Source of the DNA: Eledone cirrhosa
Lineage: Eukaryota
Length of the DNA stretch: 64,000 nt
Direction: 5' to 3'
Assembly (NCBI GenBank): GCA_964016885.1
Contig: OZ024765.1
Location: 8,990,001-9,054,000 of the forward strand
A model generated the notes under the pieces. It was not told where the DNA came from and ran no database searches. It worked only from the letters and a program-made list of their open reading frames with translations. A program made the translations under genes and the position numbers. The first letter of the stretch is position 1. The number at the start of each line of letters is the position of its first letter. Positions 25,720 to 40,710 of this stretch are shown piece after piece.

Positions 25720-26747
25720 TAGCAGAGGTACCCGGCGTTGCTCGGGTATTAAATAGCAGTTGTGTATACCATTTATGTCAATATTTCAGTGCTGCTTCGA
25801 AAACTATACTTTTACAAAATCATCGGCTTTTTCCAAAAGGGGGCTCCTGCCCCCAGGGGTCCCCTACTCAATATGTGCCAATTCTGAGAGTTCACATTCA
25901 TCTGTAGGACAAACCATGTGTCAAGTTTTGTGAAAATCGGTTGCGAACTCCAGAAGTTATGACGCTTTGTTGCATTGCACTGCAGTGCTTCAGTCGACTC
26001 CAAGGAAGTGGTTAAAGGGGGTTATCTGCTGGGAGGCCCTATAATCAATATCTGGAAAAATGAAAGTGCCCATGACCATCCGGAGTACATAAGTAACCTA
26101 TGTCTTAAGTTTGGTGAAAATACTGTAGAAATGCATAAGGTTTATACATATGCGTGCGTGTGGGTGGGTGTGTATGTATTTGTATGTGCATATGTATGTG
26201 TATGTCCGTCGGGGCATACGTATGTACTGGCCTAAATCTTCACTATTTACTTTTACTATTTTAATAGCCTCTGTCATTTTCGTTTTCAATTTTATTTACA
26301 TCATTCTTAAACTCCGGGGCTGGAAATCATTTTGTTATTTTAAATAGAATATTAGTCTAACGACATTTATACCATAAATTTGGTCTTGTCTTTGCATGAA
26401 ATTGTTCTTCTTGCTCCACATAACGACGTATTATCCTCGCTTTTTTCCGTTCATTGCCAGGGAACGTCTTCACGAACCAAAATATCGTCTTCCTGTTTTC
26501 GTTCGGTTGCAACGATTCTCGAAATATTTACTTTTGCGTTCACAGATTACTCTCAGTTCAATTTGAATGGGAAATTCCTGTTTCATTGATTTTCTCCATA
26601 ACCATGGAAGCTTGTAGCTTGAAAGTCGACCCAACGCCTCCTCGGGTCATTCTGCATAACTGTGGCGCCTACACGTCCACTTTACAGTGTAGGCTGGGTG
26701 CTTTTTTCCCGTGGCACCTCCACTTTGCAGTGGCAGGGTGTGGGGGC

Positions 26748-26786
<39 letters not shown>

Positions 26787-27128
26787 AGTGAGAAGGTATG
26801 TATGTATAAAATGGTTCAGTCCACACTGTAAGTGGCTGAGTATTCCACAGACATGTGTACCCTTAACATAGTTCTCAGGGAGATTCGGTATCACATACTG
26901 TATGACAACAAGGCTTGTCCTTTGATTTACAGAATTACAGGTACAGTAAAAACAGGCTTCCAAACTGTTTCTGTCCACCAATTTTTCTCTGGCAAGGCTA
27001 TAGTACTCCCACACCCCACCAAGATGGCTGACGTGGGGTGGGGAGGGGGTGTGAGATGTTTACCAGATGTAATTAGACATGACATGAAACAACAGCAATT
27101 ACTCTCTAGCTTTTAACGAGATAATAGA
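25719..27128 (-). mobile_element. Non-autonomous Helitron with both ends
   Basis: Minus strand 5' A|TCTATTATCTCGTTAAAAGC at 27128; 3' hairpin tacccgagcaacgccgggta then cctctgCTAG|T at 25719. AT target site, no TSD. Pairing of the two ends is inferred. Confidence 0.7.
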
Positions 27129-27149
27129 TAATTTAGCAGAGGTATTTCT

Positions 27150-28283
27150 TCACCTCCACCCCTACCACTACCACCACTACCAACACCACCACTACTACCA
27201 ACGCTACCACCACCACTACCATCTTCACCATGACAACTACCACCACCATCACAACAACACTACTACTACTACCACCACCACTACCACAACAATACCTCCA
27301 CTACTACTACCACCGGCACCACAACACTGCTACCAACACCACCACTATCACACAACACTACCACTACCAGCTTCACCATGACAACTACCACCACCATCAC
27401 AACAACACTACTACTACCACCACCACCATCACCACAACAATACCACCCCAACTACTACCACCGCCACCACAACACTGCTACCAACACCACCACTATCACA
27501 CAACACTACCACTACCAGCTTCACCATGACAACTACCACCACCATCACAACAACACTACTACTACTACCACCACCACCATCACCACAACAATACCACCCC
27601 CACTACTACCAACGCCACCACAACACTGCTACCAACACCACGACTATCACACAACACTACCACTACCACAACACCACTACCACCACCACCATTACCACCA
27701 CCACTACTACCACCACCACTATCACATCAACACTACCACACCACCACAACACCACTACTACCACCACAACACCACTACCACCACCACTGCACCACTACTA
27801 CCACCACCACTATCACATCAACACTACCAACACCACCACTACCACCAACACTACTACTATACCACCACTATCACACCAACAACACCACCACCACCACCAC
27901 TACCACCAACACCATCAACACCACCACAACACCACTACTACCACCACAACACCACTACCACCACCACTGCACCACTACTACCACCACCACTATCACATCA
28001 ACACTACCAACACCACCACTACCACCAACACTACTACTATACCACCACTATCACACCAACAACACCACCACCACTACCACCAACACCATCAACACCACCA
28101 CAACACCACTACTACCACCACAACACCACTACTACCACCACTGCACCACTACTACCACCACCACTATCACATCAACACTACCAACACCACCACAACACCA
28201 ACACTACTACTATACCACCACTATCACACCACCAACAACACCACCACTTCCACCAACATCATCAACACCACCACCACCACCAC
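27150..28283. repeat. (ACC/ACT)n low-complexity tract with internal block duplications
   Basis: Direct inspection. Confidence 0.9.
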
Positions 28284-28352
28284 AAAATCCTGCTGGTGAG
28301 GCCCCTGAAGAGGTTTTGGCCTGCTACAGGCCAAAACCTCCTGGCGCCACAG

Positions 28353-28486
<134 letters not shown>

Positions 28487-28734
28487 TTCATTGTTTCACT
28501 GATTATTGGAGCTGTTTATACGCACATACATATACTCCCACGCACACATACACACCCACATAATACTCACATACACACATATATATATGTGTATATATGT
28601 ATGTGTGTGTATATATATATGTATCTGTGTATATATGTATGTATGTATGTATGTGTATGTGTGTATATATGTATGTGTGTATATATATATGTATGTGTAT
28701 ATATGTATGAGTGTATATATGTGTATATACAGGC

Positions 28735-28782
<48 letters not shown>

Positions 28783-29022
28783 GCCTGTATATACACACAT
28801 ATACACTCATACATACATATATATATACACACATACATATATACACATACATACATATATACATACATACATACATACATACACACACATACATTTATAT
28901 ACACATATATATATACACACACACACGTATGTGTGTATATATATATATATACACACATATATATACACTCCTACAGATAGTCATTGTTTATAAATGTGGC
29001 AGAAACTACTGAAGATGTTTAA

Positions 29023-30080
29023 ACACCACTACCACCGCCACTACTACTACTACTACCTCACCACCACCACTACCACCACCACTACTACACCACCACCACT
29101 ACCATCACACCACCACCTCACCACCACCACTACTACACCACCACTACACCACCACTACCATCACACCACCACCACTACCACCACTACTACACCACTATCA
29201 CTACCATCACACCACCACCACTACTACACCACCACCATCACACCACCACCTAACCACCACCACTACTACACCACCACCACTACACCACCACCACTACCAT
29301 CACACCACCATCTCACCACCACCACTACTACACCACCACTACCATCACACCACCACCACTACCACCACCACTACTACACCACCACCACTACCATCACACC
29401 ACCACCTCACCACCACCACTACTACACCACCAGTACCATCACACCACCACCACTACTACACCACCACCATCACACCACCACCTCACCACCACCACTACAC
29501 CACCACCACCACCTCACCACCACCACTACACCACCACCACTACCATCACACCACCACCTCACCACCACCACTACTACACCACCACCACTACCATCACACC
29601 ACCACCATCACACCACCACCTCACCACCACCACTACTACACCACCACCACTACACCACCACCACTACCATCACACCACCACCTCACCACCACCACTACTA
29701 CACCACCACCACTAACATCACACCACCACCACTACTACACCACCACCATCACACCACCACTACTACACCACCACCACTACCATCACACCACCTCCTCACC
29801 ACCACTACCATCACACCACCACCACTACTACTACTACTACCATCACCACCACCATCTCCAATACCAGTATTACCAGCAACACCTCCACCAAAACTGACAC
29901 CGCCACACCCAACACCATCATCACCACTACCACCACTACTACTACTACTACCACCACCACCATTGCCACTGAGAAGAACTAGAGATGATGGTGGTGTGGT
30001 GTAGACGGTGGTGGTGGTAGTGGGGGTGGTGTGGTGTAGGTGGTGGTAGTGGGGGTGGTGGTGATGGTGGTAGTGGTGCC
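29023..30080. repeat. (ACC)n low-complexity tract, ending in a short (GGT)n tract
   Basis: Direct inspection. Confidence 0.9.
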
Positions 30081-30161
30081 ACCAGTTTTAAATGTTAATA
30101 GTAAAACTATCTCTGTGTGAATACATATATGCATATATATACATATATATATATATGTATA

Positions 30162-30206
<45 letters not shown>

Positions 30207-30489
30207 ATATATATATATATGTGTGTGTATATATATATATATATACATGTGTGTGTATATATATATATACATGTGTGTGTATATATATATATGTGTGTGT
30301 GTGTATATATATGTGTGTGTGTATATATATATATACGTGTGTGTGTGTATATATATATATACGTGTGTGTGTATATATATATATATATGTGTGTGTATAT
30401 ATATATATGTGTATATATATATGTGTGTGTGTATCATCATCATCATCATCGTTTAACGTCCATTTTCCACGCTAGCATGGGTCTGTGTA

Positions 30490-31255
30490 TATATATATAC
30501 ATGTGTATATATACATGTATATATACATGTGTATATATACATGTATATATACATGTATATATATACATGTATATATACATGTGTATATATACATGTATAT
30601 ATACATGTGTATATATACATGTATATATACATGTGTATATATACATGTATATATAAATGTGTATATATACATGTATATATAAATGTGTATATATACATGT
30701 ATATATAAATGTGTATATATACATGTATATATAAATGTGTATATATACATGTATATATAAATGTGTATATATACATGTATATATAAATGTGTATATATAC
30801 ATGTATATATACATGTGTATATATACATGTATATATAAATGTGTATATATACATGTATATATACATGTGTATATATACATGTATATATAAATGTGTATAT
30901 ATACATGTATATATAAATGTGTATATATACATGTATATATACATGTGTATATATACATGTATATATACATGTGTATATATACATGTATATATACATGTGT
31001 ATATATACATGTATATATACATGTGTATATATACATGTATATATAAATGTGTATATATACATGTATATATACATGTGTATATATACATGTATATATAAAT
31101 GTGTATATATACATGTATATATAAATGTGTATATATACATGTATATATAAATGTGTATATATACATGTATATATAAATGTGTATATATACATGTATATAT
31201 ACATGTGTATATATACATGTATATATAAATGTGTATATATACATGTATATATAAA
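30490..31255. repeat. 26-bp AT-rich minisatellite
   Basis: atgtatatata(c/a)atgtgtatatatac repeated. Confidence 0.92.
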
Positions 31256-31839
31256 CAACTGCTATCTTCCTAGCTAAACAAACCCTATATTCATTATTTT
31301 TTCACTAATCTATACAATTCCTTGTTTAACAAACTGACATCACACACCACACCACAACACCACCACTCCACACCACCACTCCACACCACACTACACACCA
31401 CTACACCACTACCATACACTACACTACACAACACTACACTACACCACACCACACCACACTACACTACACTACACCACACTAAACCACACCACACCACACT
31501 AAACCACACCACACCACAATACACTACACCACACCACACCACACTACACCATACCACACTACACCACACCACACTACACCATACCACACTACACCACATT
31601 ACACCACACCACACCACACTACACTACACCACTAAACTACAAATATTTTCTTAAATAATCAAGAATTTGGAAGGATTTAGTAATATAATTAAATTTCTAA
31701 TTATTAAGCTGGTGTTTGGAACATAACTTAACACAGGTTCTTACATGAAATTATGATGGAAGGTTTTTAGATAAATATAAACATTTTAATCCTTTTATTA
31801 CCATATTTCTAAATTGGTGTTTGGAACATAAATTAACAG

Positions 31840-33235
31840 CCCTAGGACTACCTCCCTACTCACCACCATCACCACAGAGTTGGCTACCTGTAGCAGTGGA
31901 GACTTCTGGTGTCCTTGGCCCTAGGACTACCTCCCTACTCACCACCATCACCACAGAGTTGGCTACCTGTAGCAGTGGAGACTTCTGGTGTCCTTGGCCC
32001 AAGGACTACCTCCCTACTCACCACCATCACCACAGAGTTGGCTACCTGTAGCAGTGGAGACTTCTGGTGTCCTTGGCCCTAGGACCACCTCCCTACTCAC
32101 CACCATCACCACAGAGTTGGCTACCTGTAGCAGTGGAGACTTCTGGTGTCCTTGGCCCTAGGACCACCTCCCTACTCACCACCATCACCACAGAGTTGGC
32201 TACCTGTAGCAGTGGAGACTTCTGGTGTCCTTGGCCCTAGGACCACCTCCCTACTCACCACCATCACCACAGAGTTGGCTACCTGTAGCAGTGGGAGTTT
32301 GGTTCCTTTGTGTTCAGACCTGGGGTATATGAGAGAGATGGGGAGAGATGGAGAGACAGAGGCAGTGACAGTGGGAGTTTGGTTCCTTTGTGTTCAGACC
32401 TGGGGTATATGAGAGATGGGGAGAGATGGAGAGACAGAGGCAGTGACAGTGGGAGTTTGGTTCCTTTGTGTTCAGACCAGGAGTATATGAGAGAGATGGG
32501 GAGAGATGGAGAGACAGAGGCAGTGATAGTGGGAGTTTGGTTCCTTTGTGTTCAGACCTGGGGTATATGAGAGATGGGGAGAGATGGAGAGACAGAGGCA
32601 GTGACAGTGGGAGTTTGGTTCCTTTGTGTTCAGACCTGTGGTATATGAGAGAGATGGAGAGACAGAGGCAGTGACAGTGGGAGTTTGGTTCCTTTGTGTT
32701 CAGACCTGGGGTATATGAGAGAGATGGGGAGAGATGGAGAGACAGGGGCAGTGACAGTGGGAGTTTGGTTCCTTTGTGTTCAGACCTGGTGTACATGAGA
32801 GAGATGGGGAGAGATGGAGAGACAGAGGCAGTGACAGTGGGAGTTTGGTTCCTTTGTGTTCAGACCTGTGGTATATGAGAGTTTGGTTCCTTTGTATTCA
32901 GACCAGGAGTATATGAGAGAGATGGAGAGACAGTGACAGTGGGAGTTTGGTTCCTTTGTGTTCAGACCTGTGGTACATGAGAGTTTGGTTCCTTTGTATT
33001 CAGACCAGGAGTATATGAGAGAGATGGAGAGACAGTGACAGTGGGAGTTTGGTTCCTTTGTGTTCAGACCTGGGGTATATGAGAAATGGGGAGAGATGGA
33101 GAGACAGAGGCAGTGGGAGTTTGGTTGCTTTGTGTTCAGTCCTGGGGTATATGAGAGATGGGGAGAGATGGAGAGACAGAGGCAGTGGGGGTTTGGTTCC
33201 TTTGTGTTCGGACTTGGTGTATATATGTATTTGTT
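31840..33235 (+). repeat. Two adjacent ~79-bp arrays derived from the CRE-like retrotransposon 3' end
   Basis: 31840-32292 repeats the PVAVETSGVLGP coding segment. 32291-33220 repeats the 3' UTR segment gacagtgggagtttggttcctttgtgttcagacctgg. Both are homologous to 14295-14640. Confidence 0.88.
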
Positions 33236-33525
33236 TCACAGACACACACTTTGGTGGTGTTGTTGGTGGTGGTGGGGAGGTTGTTGTTGTTTACGGTGAT
33301 GTGAAGTGGTGGTGGTGGTGGGGAGGTTGTTTATGGTGATGCGGAGTGGTGGAGGTGGGGAAGTTGTTTATGGTGATGTGGAGTGGTGGGGGTGGGGAGG
33401 TTGTTTATGGTGATGTGGAGTGGTGGAGAGGCAGTGGTGTGGTGGTGGTGTGTTTATTGGCAATACTTGATCTACTTGAATTACTGACATACAATATCTA
33501 GATTAGTGTATATAACATACACGTG

Positions 33526-33556
<31 letters not shown>

Positions 33557-33574
33557 GTGTATATATATACCCAC

Positions 33575-33614
<40 letters not shown>

Positions 33615-33689
33615 GTGTGCATGGTTTGTTTTTCCATGCTGGCATGAATTAGGCATTTAGACATTTTCAGGAACATCGTGTATATAAAG

Positions 33690-34705
<1,016 letters not shown>

Positions 34706-34838
34706 AATAGGTTTAAAGTATCGTAAGAGAGGATGGAGCGGAGAGGTTTGTAACTCTTTCATTCACACATTCATTTGGTTATATATATATAAATGTGTAT
34801 ATATATGTATATGTATAATATATATATGTATGTATATA

Positions 34839-34873
<35 letters not shown>

Positions 34874-34877
34874 AATA

Positions 34878-35121
34878 CATCATCCCGGACACATTTATCT
34901 CCAACAACATCCTGATTTGCATTGACACACTGCCTTGCAATGTGGAACACCGCACGCCTCTGATCTTCCCATCGCAGAACATTGGCAAACCTCCTACTCT
35001 CAGCCTCCCTGCGTGCTAAGTACACCTGACGTCTAGCTTCTCTCTTAGCGGCTGTATATTCTTCCCTACTCCCACTCTTTTTCCAAGCCTTCCATGCTAG
35101 TCTTTTGTCTCTAATGGCCTT
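34878..35121 (-). mobile_element. RTE-clade LINE internal fragment (EN-RT linker)
   Basis: YLARREAESRRFANV...VFHIARQCV..NQDVVGDKCVRDD. Confidence 0.7.
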
Positions 35122-35830
35122 ATAATAATAATAATAATGAAATTATTGTGTAAAGTGCTCAGGTGCACTACAACTCGTCAAGAAAGTACATAGAATAATA
35201 CACAAATGTCAGGGAAGTACATGTGTGTATTTGTTAGCTGTAGTGTTGGCGGATCTCGGGAAGCATGGAGGCCTTAAAGGATGCAGTGTCTCGACAGCTA
35301 ACAACTGATGCAGGTAGTTTGTTCCATGGAGGTTTTAAAGGATGTAGTGTCTCGACAGCTAACAACTGATGCAGGTAGTTTGTCCCATGGAGGTTTTAAA
35401 GGATGTAGTGTCTCGACAGCTAACAACTGATGCAGGTAGTTTGTCCCATGGAGGTTTTAAAGGATGCAGTGTCTCGACAGCTAACAACTGATGCAGGTAG
35501 TTTGTCCCATGGAGGTTTTAAAGGATGCAGTGTTTCGACAGCTAACAACTGATGCAGGTAGTTTGTCCCATGGAGGTTTTAAAGGATGTAGTGTCTCGAC
35601 AGCTAACAACTGATGCAGGTAGTTTGTTCCATGCTTCAGCAACTCTGAGCGTGAAAAAATGTTTCCGAAAGTCATGGGAACTGTGCTGTTTTCTTACTTT
35701 GTGGGCATGTCCACGTGTGTTAGACACATGGAAATCGAAAAGGCACTCAGGGTTGTTGTTGGCAACATGGTTAACAATTTTGTGGGTGTTTACCAAGTCA
35801 GTTGCCAGGCGTCGGAGCTCTCTGTCTGGT
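35122..35830 (-). mobile_element. CR1-clade LINE 3' end with 61-bp internal tandem array
   Basis: RRLATDLVNTHKIV...NTRGHAHKV...RKHFFTLRVAEAWNKLPASVV, (TAT)n tail; 6 copies of 61 bp at ~35268-35632. Confidence 0.9.
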
Positions 35831-36076
35831 TGGAGCTCTGCTCCAGCCACAAGTTTCATCAGTAGCCTGCAGCAAGTTGTCACGTAAGAAATTCTAGTTA
35901 TCATCTATGTCATACGACTCTAAATACAGTGTATATATATATATATATATATTTATTAAAATAACAGATTAAAGTTTAAGCAAAGAATCGCTGCTGCTCT
36001 ATGGTTCTTATATATTTAATATATATTTATCCTTATCGAGCCCTCTTTGGATTTTAGTCTTCAAATTTATTATTAT

Positions 36077-36119
<43 letters not shown>

Positions 36120-36204
36120 GAAAAATTGAACAGGGACAGAACAGAGAGGCAGTACGATAAATGTTTATTAAATTCACGCTCAGGAGAGTGGGGGGTAGGT
36201 GGGG

Positions 36205-36238
36205 GACGACGTTTCGGGCATAAGCCCTTCTTCAGGTG
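36205..36238 (-). ncRNA. Minimal type I hammerhead motif (Penelope-like)
   Basis: ac-CTGAAGA-a-gggc-ttat-gccc-GAAA-cg-TC-gt; stem I very short. Confidence 0.55.
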
Positions 36239-36312
36239 AGAAGTGTGTAGGGGAGTGGTGGAGAGACATATAGCGAAAGGAAACGGTGCGAATGAAATAT
36301 ATTATATATAAA

Positions 36313-36364
<52 letters not shown>

Positions 36365-36451
36365 TATACATATATTTATATATATACACATATATATTTA
36401 TATATAGTGACGAAACATAAGTCAATTGCATGAACTCATAATCCTTTATTT

Positions 36452-36507
36452 ACTGCTATATATATTTCGATGATAGCCATTGAATGGCTATGACCTCATC
36501 AGGCAGT
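36452..36507 (-). ncRNA. Type I hammerhead ribozyme, intact
   Basis: actgc-CTGATGA-ggtcatagccat-tca-atggctatcatc-GAAA-tatata-TA-gcagt: perfect stem I, long stem II, full core. Confidence 0.85.
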
Positions 36508-36656
36508 TAGTCGGTTCGGTTCTTAGATATGCCAGCTCTGTGTATTTGGTGTTGATGGTTTCAGAGCCTTGGGACACACACACATATATATATATCGGAG
36601 GTAAACACAGTTAGGTACTCAATACATAGCAGAGTATAAAAGTTTTAATATAGATG

Positions 36657-36707
36657 AGATTCTACAGGACTAGAACTGTTTCATTCTTTAGAAATCATCA
36701 GGAATCT
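36657..36707 (-). ncRNA. Type I hammerhead ribozyme motif
   Basis: agattc-CTGATGA-tttctaaagaat-GAAA-cag-ttctagtc-ctg-TA-gaatct: 6-bp stem I, 4-bp stem III, weak stem II. Confidence 0.7.
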
Positions 36708-36782
36708 GGGTATCAAAAAATAAATATGGTATTTGATTTTTGAGTTCTAGTCCTGTTGAATCGCATCTATATTAATACTTAT

Positions 36783-37095
36783 ATCATCATCATCATCATC
36801 AACGTTTAATGTCCGTGTTCCACGCTTGCATGGGTTTGGACGGGGGTAGTCCCACTTGAGGCAAGAGTGATTGTCTTGCTCGCATAGGACTGTCTGGCAG
36901 GTTTTCTACAGTTGGATGCCCTTCCTAACACCAACCACATTTACAGTGTGGGTCTGGGAGGTTTTTACCGTGTTGCCTACACGGCCACATTACAGCGTGG
37001 ACTGTGTGTTTTTTTGTCGTGACACCTACACGATCTCATTTGTTTCGGCCTGGATGTTGTGGCACCAACATAACTTTACATAGAACGGGGTGGCG
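36783..37095 (-). mobile_element. SINE/RTE 3' tail fragment
   Basis: (CAT)n plus ggatgcccttcctaacaccaacc body; related copies at ~44160, ~51025 and ~53020. Confidence 0.75.
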
Positions 37096-37344
37096 TTATA
37101 TATATATACATATATGTAGAACAATAAAACTATGCATATATCAGATAAGTAGCACCCAACAGTTGGTAGAACTGGAGTATATATATAAGAAGAAATTAAA
37201 AGGTGGTTAAAGAAGTTCCATATATTTTATTATGCGCATTTCTAAAACAATGTCCTGGGACAAAAATATCCAGGATGATGTTGTTTTCGAAATGCGCATA
37301 ATAAAATATATATACATATATATATATATATGTATATATATATG

Positions 37345-37375
<31 letters not shown>

Positions 37376-37514
37376 GTGTGTGTGTGTATGTTATTCAGGA
37401 AAAGAGAGGTGTATTTGGCAGTAATTAAGAATATTTTTCCAGCCTCATTAGGGGACTAATTACAGTTTGGGAGGTAATTAGTTAAACAAACATAATGTAA
37501 TACTGTGTCTACTT

Positions 37515-38845
37515 ATGGTGGGGCTGGTGGTGGTGGTGGTGGTGTTATTGGTGCTGTGGGAGTGTGATGGTGGTGTGGGGGTTGTTGTTGGTAGTCATGT
37601 TGGCGGTGGTGGTGGTGATGTTGATGTTATTAGTGGTGTTGATGTTATTAGTGGTGGTGGGGTTGTTGTTGGTAATAGTGGTGGTGGTAGTGATGGTGGT
37701 GGTGGTGGTGTGGGGGGGGTTGTTGTTGGTGATAGTGGTGGTGGTAGTGATGGTGGTGGTGGTGGTGTGGGGGGGAGGGGTATTGGTGGTGGTGGTGGTG
37801 GGGTTGTTGGTGATAGTGGTGGTGGTAGTGATGGTGTTGTTGTTGGCGGTGGGGGTGGTGTTGGTGTTGTTTGCGATGTTGGTGGTGTGGTTGTTGTTAT
37901 TGGTGGTGTTGTTGTTGGTGGTGTTGGTGTTGTTGTTGTTGGTGGTGTTGTTGTTGGTGGTGTTGGTGTTGTTGTTGTTGGTGGTGTTGGTGTTGTTGTT
38001 GGTGGTGTTGGTGTTGTTGTTGTTGGTGGTGTTGTTGTTGGTGTTGGTGTTGGTGTTGTTGTTGGTGGTGTTGGTGGTGTTGTTGTTGGTGGTGTTGGTG
38101 TTGTTGTTGTTGGTGTTGTTGTTGTTGGTGGTGTTGTTGGTGTTGTTGGTGGTGTTGGTGGTGTTGTTGTTGGTGTTGGTGTTGTTGGTGTTGTTGTTGT
38201 TGGTGGTGTTGTTGTTGGTGGTGTTGGTGGTGTTGGTGTTGTTGTTGGTGGTGTTGTTGTTGTTGGTGGTGTTGTTGTTGGTGGTGTTGGTGGTGTTGTT
38301 GTTGTTGGTGGTGTTGGTGTTGTTGTTGGTGGTGTTGGTGTTGTTGTTGTTGGTTGTGTTGTTGTTGGTGTTGGTGGTGTTGTTGTTGGTGGTGTTGGTG
38401 TTGTTGTTGTTGGTGGTGTTGTTGTTGGTGGTGTTGGTGTTGTTGTTGTTGGTGGTGTTGTTGTTGGTGTTGTTGTTGGTGTTGTTGTTGGTGGTGTTGG
38501 TGGTGTTGTTGTTGGTGGTGTTGGTGTTGTTGTTGGTGGTGTTGGTGTTGTTGTTGGTGGTGTTGTTGGTGGTGTTGTTGTTGTTGGTGGTGTTGTTGGT
38601 GGTGTTGTTGTTGTTGGTGGTGTTGTTGTTGGTGGTGTTGGTGTTGTTGTTGGTGGTGGTGGTGTTGGTGTTGTTATTGGTGGTGTTGTTGTTGTTGGTG
38701 GTGTTGTTGTTGGTGGTGTTGGTGTTGTTGTTGGTGGTGGTGGTGTTGGTGTTGTTATTGGTGGTGTTGTTGTTGTTGGTGGTGTTGTTTGTGTTATTGG
38801 TGGTGGCGGCGGCGGTGGTGGTGGTGGTGGTGGCGGTGGTGGTGT
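37515..38845. repeat. (GGT/GTT)n trinucleotide tract
   Basis: Direct inspection. Confidence 0.95.
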
Positions 38846-38920
38846 GCTGTGTAGTGGGAGTGCCATGTTTACTCTGTAACAGCAGTAAGGCAACAGGCTT
38901 GGCTCAAGCCCAAACTTACC

Positions 38921-38956
38921 ATCACGTGACCGCATCATGTGACTACATCACATGAC
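38921..38956. promoter_or_regulatory. Triplet of E-box/M-box motifs (candidate bHLH-ZIP sites)
   Basis: ATCACGTGAC, ATCATGTGAC and ATCACATGAC at 13-bp spacing. Function unproven. Confidence 0.3.
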
Positions 38957-39016
38957 CACAGCAGCACCAACTGTAGCCACACAGGAGCTGAAGATAGACA
39001 AACCTAAAGATATGTT

Positions 39017-39720
39017 GTGGTGAAAGTGTGGAGAATTCTTGACTCACCCACTGCTGTGTGTGTGTGTGTGTGTGTGTGTCTGTCTCTGGTGAAAGTGTGG
39101 AGAATTCTTGACTCACCCACTGCTGTGTGTGTGTGTATGTCTTTGTGTGTGTGTGTGTGTGTGTCTCTGGTGAAAGTGTGGAGAATTCTTGACTCACCCA
39201 CTGCTGTGTGTGTGTGTGTGTGTATGTCTTTGTGTGTGTGTGTGTGTGTGTGTGTCTGTGTGTGTGTCTGGTGAAAGTGTGGAGAATTCTTGACTCACCT
39301 ACTGCTGTGTGTGTGTGTATGTCTTTGTGTGTGTGTGTGTGTGTGTGTGACTGTGTGTGTGTCTGGTGAAAGTGTGGAGAATTCTTGACTCACCCACTGC
39401 TGTGTGTGTGTGTGTGTGTGTGTATGTCTTTGTGTGTGTGTGTGTGTGTCTGACTGTCTGTGTGTGTGTGTCTGGTGAAAGTGGAGAATTCTTGACTCAC
39501 CTACTGCTGTGTGTGTGTGTATGTCTTTGTGTGTGACTGTGTGTGACTGTGTGTGTGACTGTGTGTGTGTCTGGTGAAAGTGTGGAGAATTCTTGACTCA
39601 CCCACTACTGTGTGTGTGTGTGTGTGTGTGTATGTCTTTGTGTGTGTGTGTGTGTGTGTCTGACTGTCTGTGTGTGTGTGTCTGGTGAAAGTGGAGAATT
39701 CTTGACTCACCTACTGCTGT
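39017..39720. repeat. Minisatellite: constant ~38-bp core plus variable (TG)n, 8 copies
   Basis: ggtgaaagtgtggagaattctTGACTCAcccactgctg(tg)n. Confidence 0.9.
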
Positions 39721-39918
39721 GTGTGTGTGTGTGTGTGTCTGACTGTGTGTGTGTGTGTGTGTGTCTGTCTGTCTCTCTCCGTGTGTCTGTGTGTGTGTGT
39801 CTGTCTCTCTCCGTGTGTCTGTGTGTGTGTGTCTGTCTCTCTCCGTGTGTCTCTGTGTGTGTGTGTGTGTCTGTCTGTCTCTCTCCGTGTGTCTGTGTGT
39901 GTGTGTGTATTATACATG

Positions 39919-39958
<40 letters not shown>

Positions 39959-40165
39959 ACACACACATGTATGTATATATTGATACAGTCACCATTTAAG
40001 ATATTTGATATCATCTGATAACTAACTCCATTGGTGATGTCTCTGCTATCTAATTACTGTGGATATATATATATGTGTATATATATATATGTGTATATAT
40101 ACATATATATATATACATATACACACACACATATATATACACACACATATATACATACATAAATA

Positions 40166-40206
<41 letters not shown>

Positions 40207-40267
40207 ACATATACACACATCTATATATATATATACACACATATATATATACATACATAAATATATA

Positions 40268-40307
<40 letters not shown>

Positions 40308-40369
40308 CATATACACACATATATATATATATATATACACACATATATACATACATAAATATATATATA

Positions 40370-40410
<41 letters not shown>

Positions 40411-40535
40411 ATATATATATGTTTGTATATATATGTATGTATATATATATATATATATATATTTATGTATGTATATATGTGTGTGTGTATATATATATAT
40501 GTGTGTGTGTATATATATATATGTGTGTGTGTATG

Positions 40536-40576
<41 letters not shown>

Positions 40577-40710
40577 ATATATATATATATATATTAAAAT
40601 AACAGATTAAAGTTTAAGCAAAGAATCGCTGCTTTCACTCTTAACGGGATCTCTATATATATATGTATATAATATATAAGATCAAAAGATGGTTAAAGGA
40701 GTTCCATGTA

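Noticed and set aside
37515-38955. 450-aa Gly/Val-rich or mucin-like Pro/Thr ORFs
   Set aside because: Stop-free trinucleotide repeat open in several frames on both strands. A structural-protein exon cannot be fully excluded without RNA data.
39017-39720. CRISPR-like constant repeat with variable spacers
   Set aside because: Spacers are (TG)n microsatellite rather than unique sequence; eukaryotic context, no cas genes.
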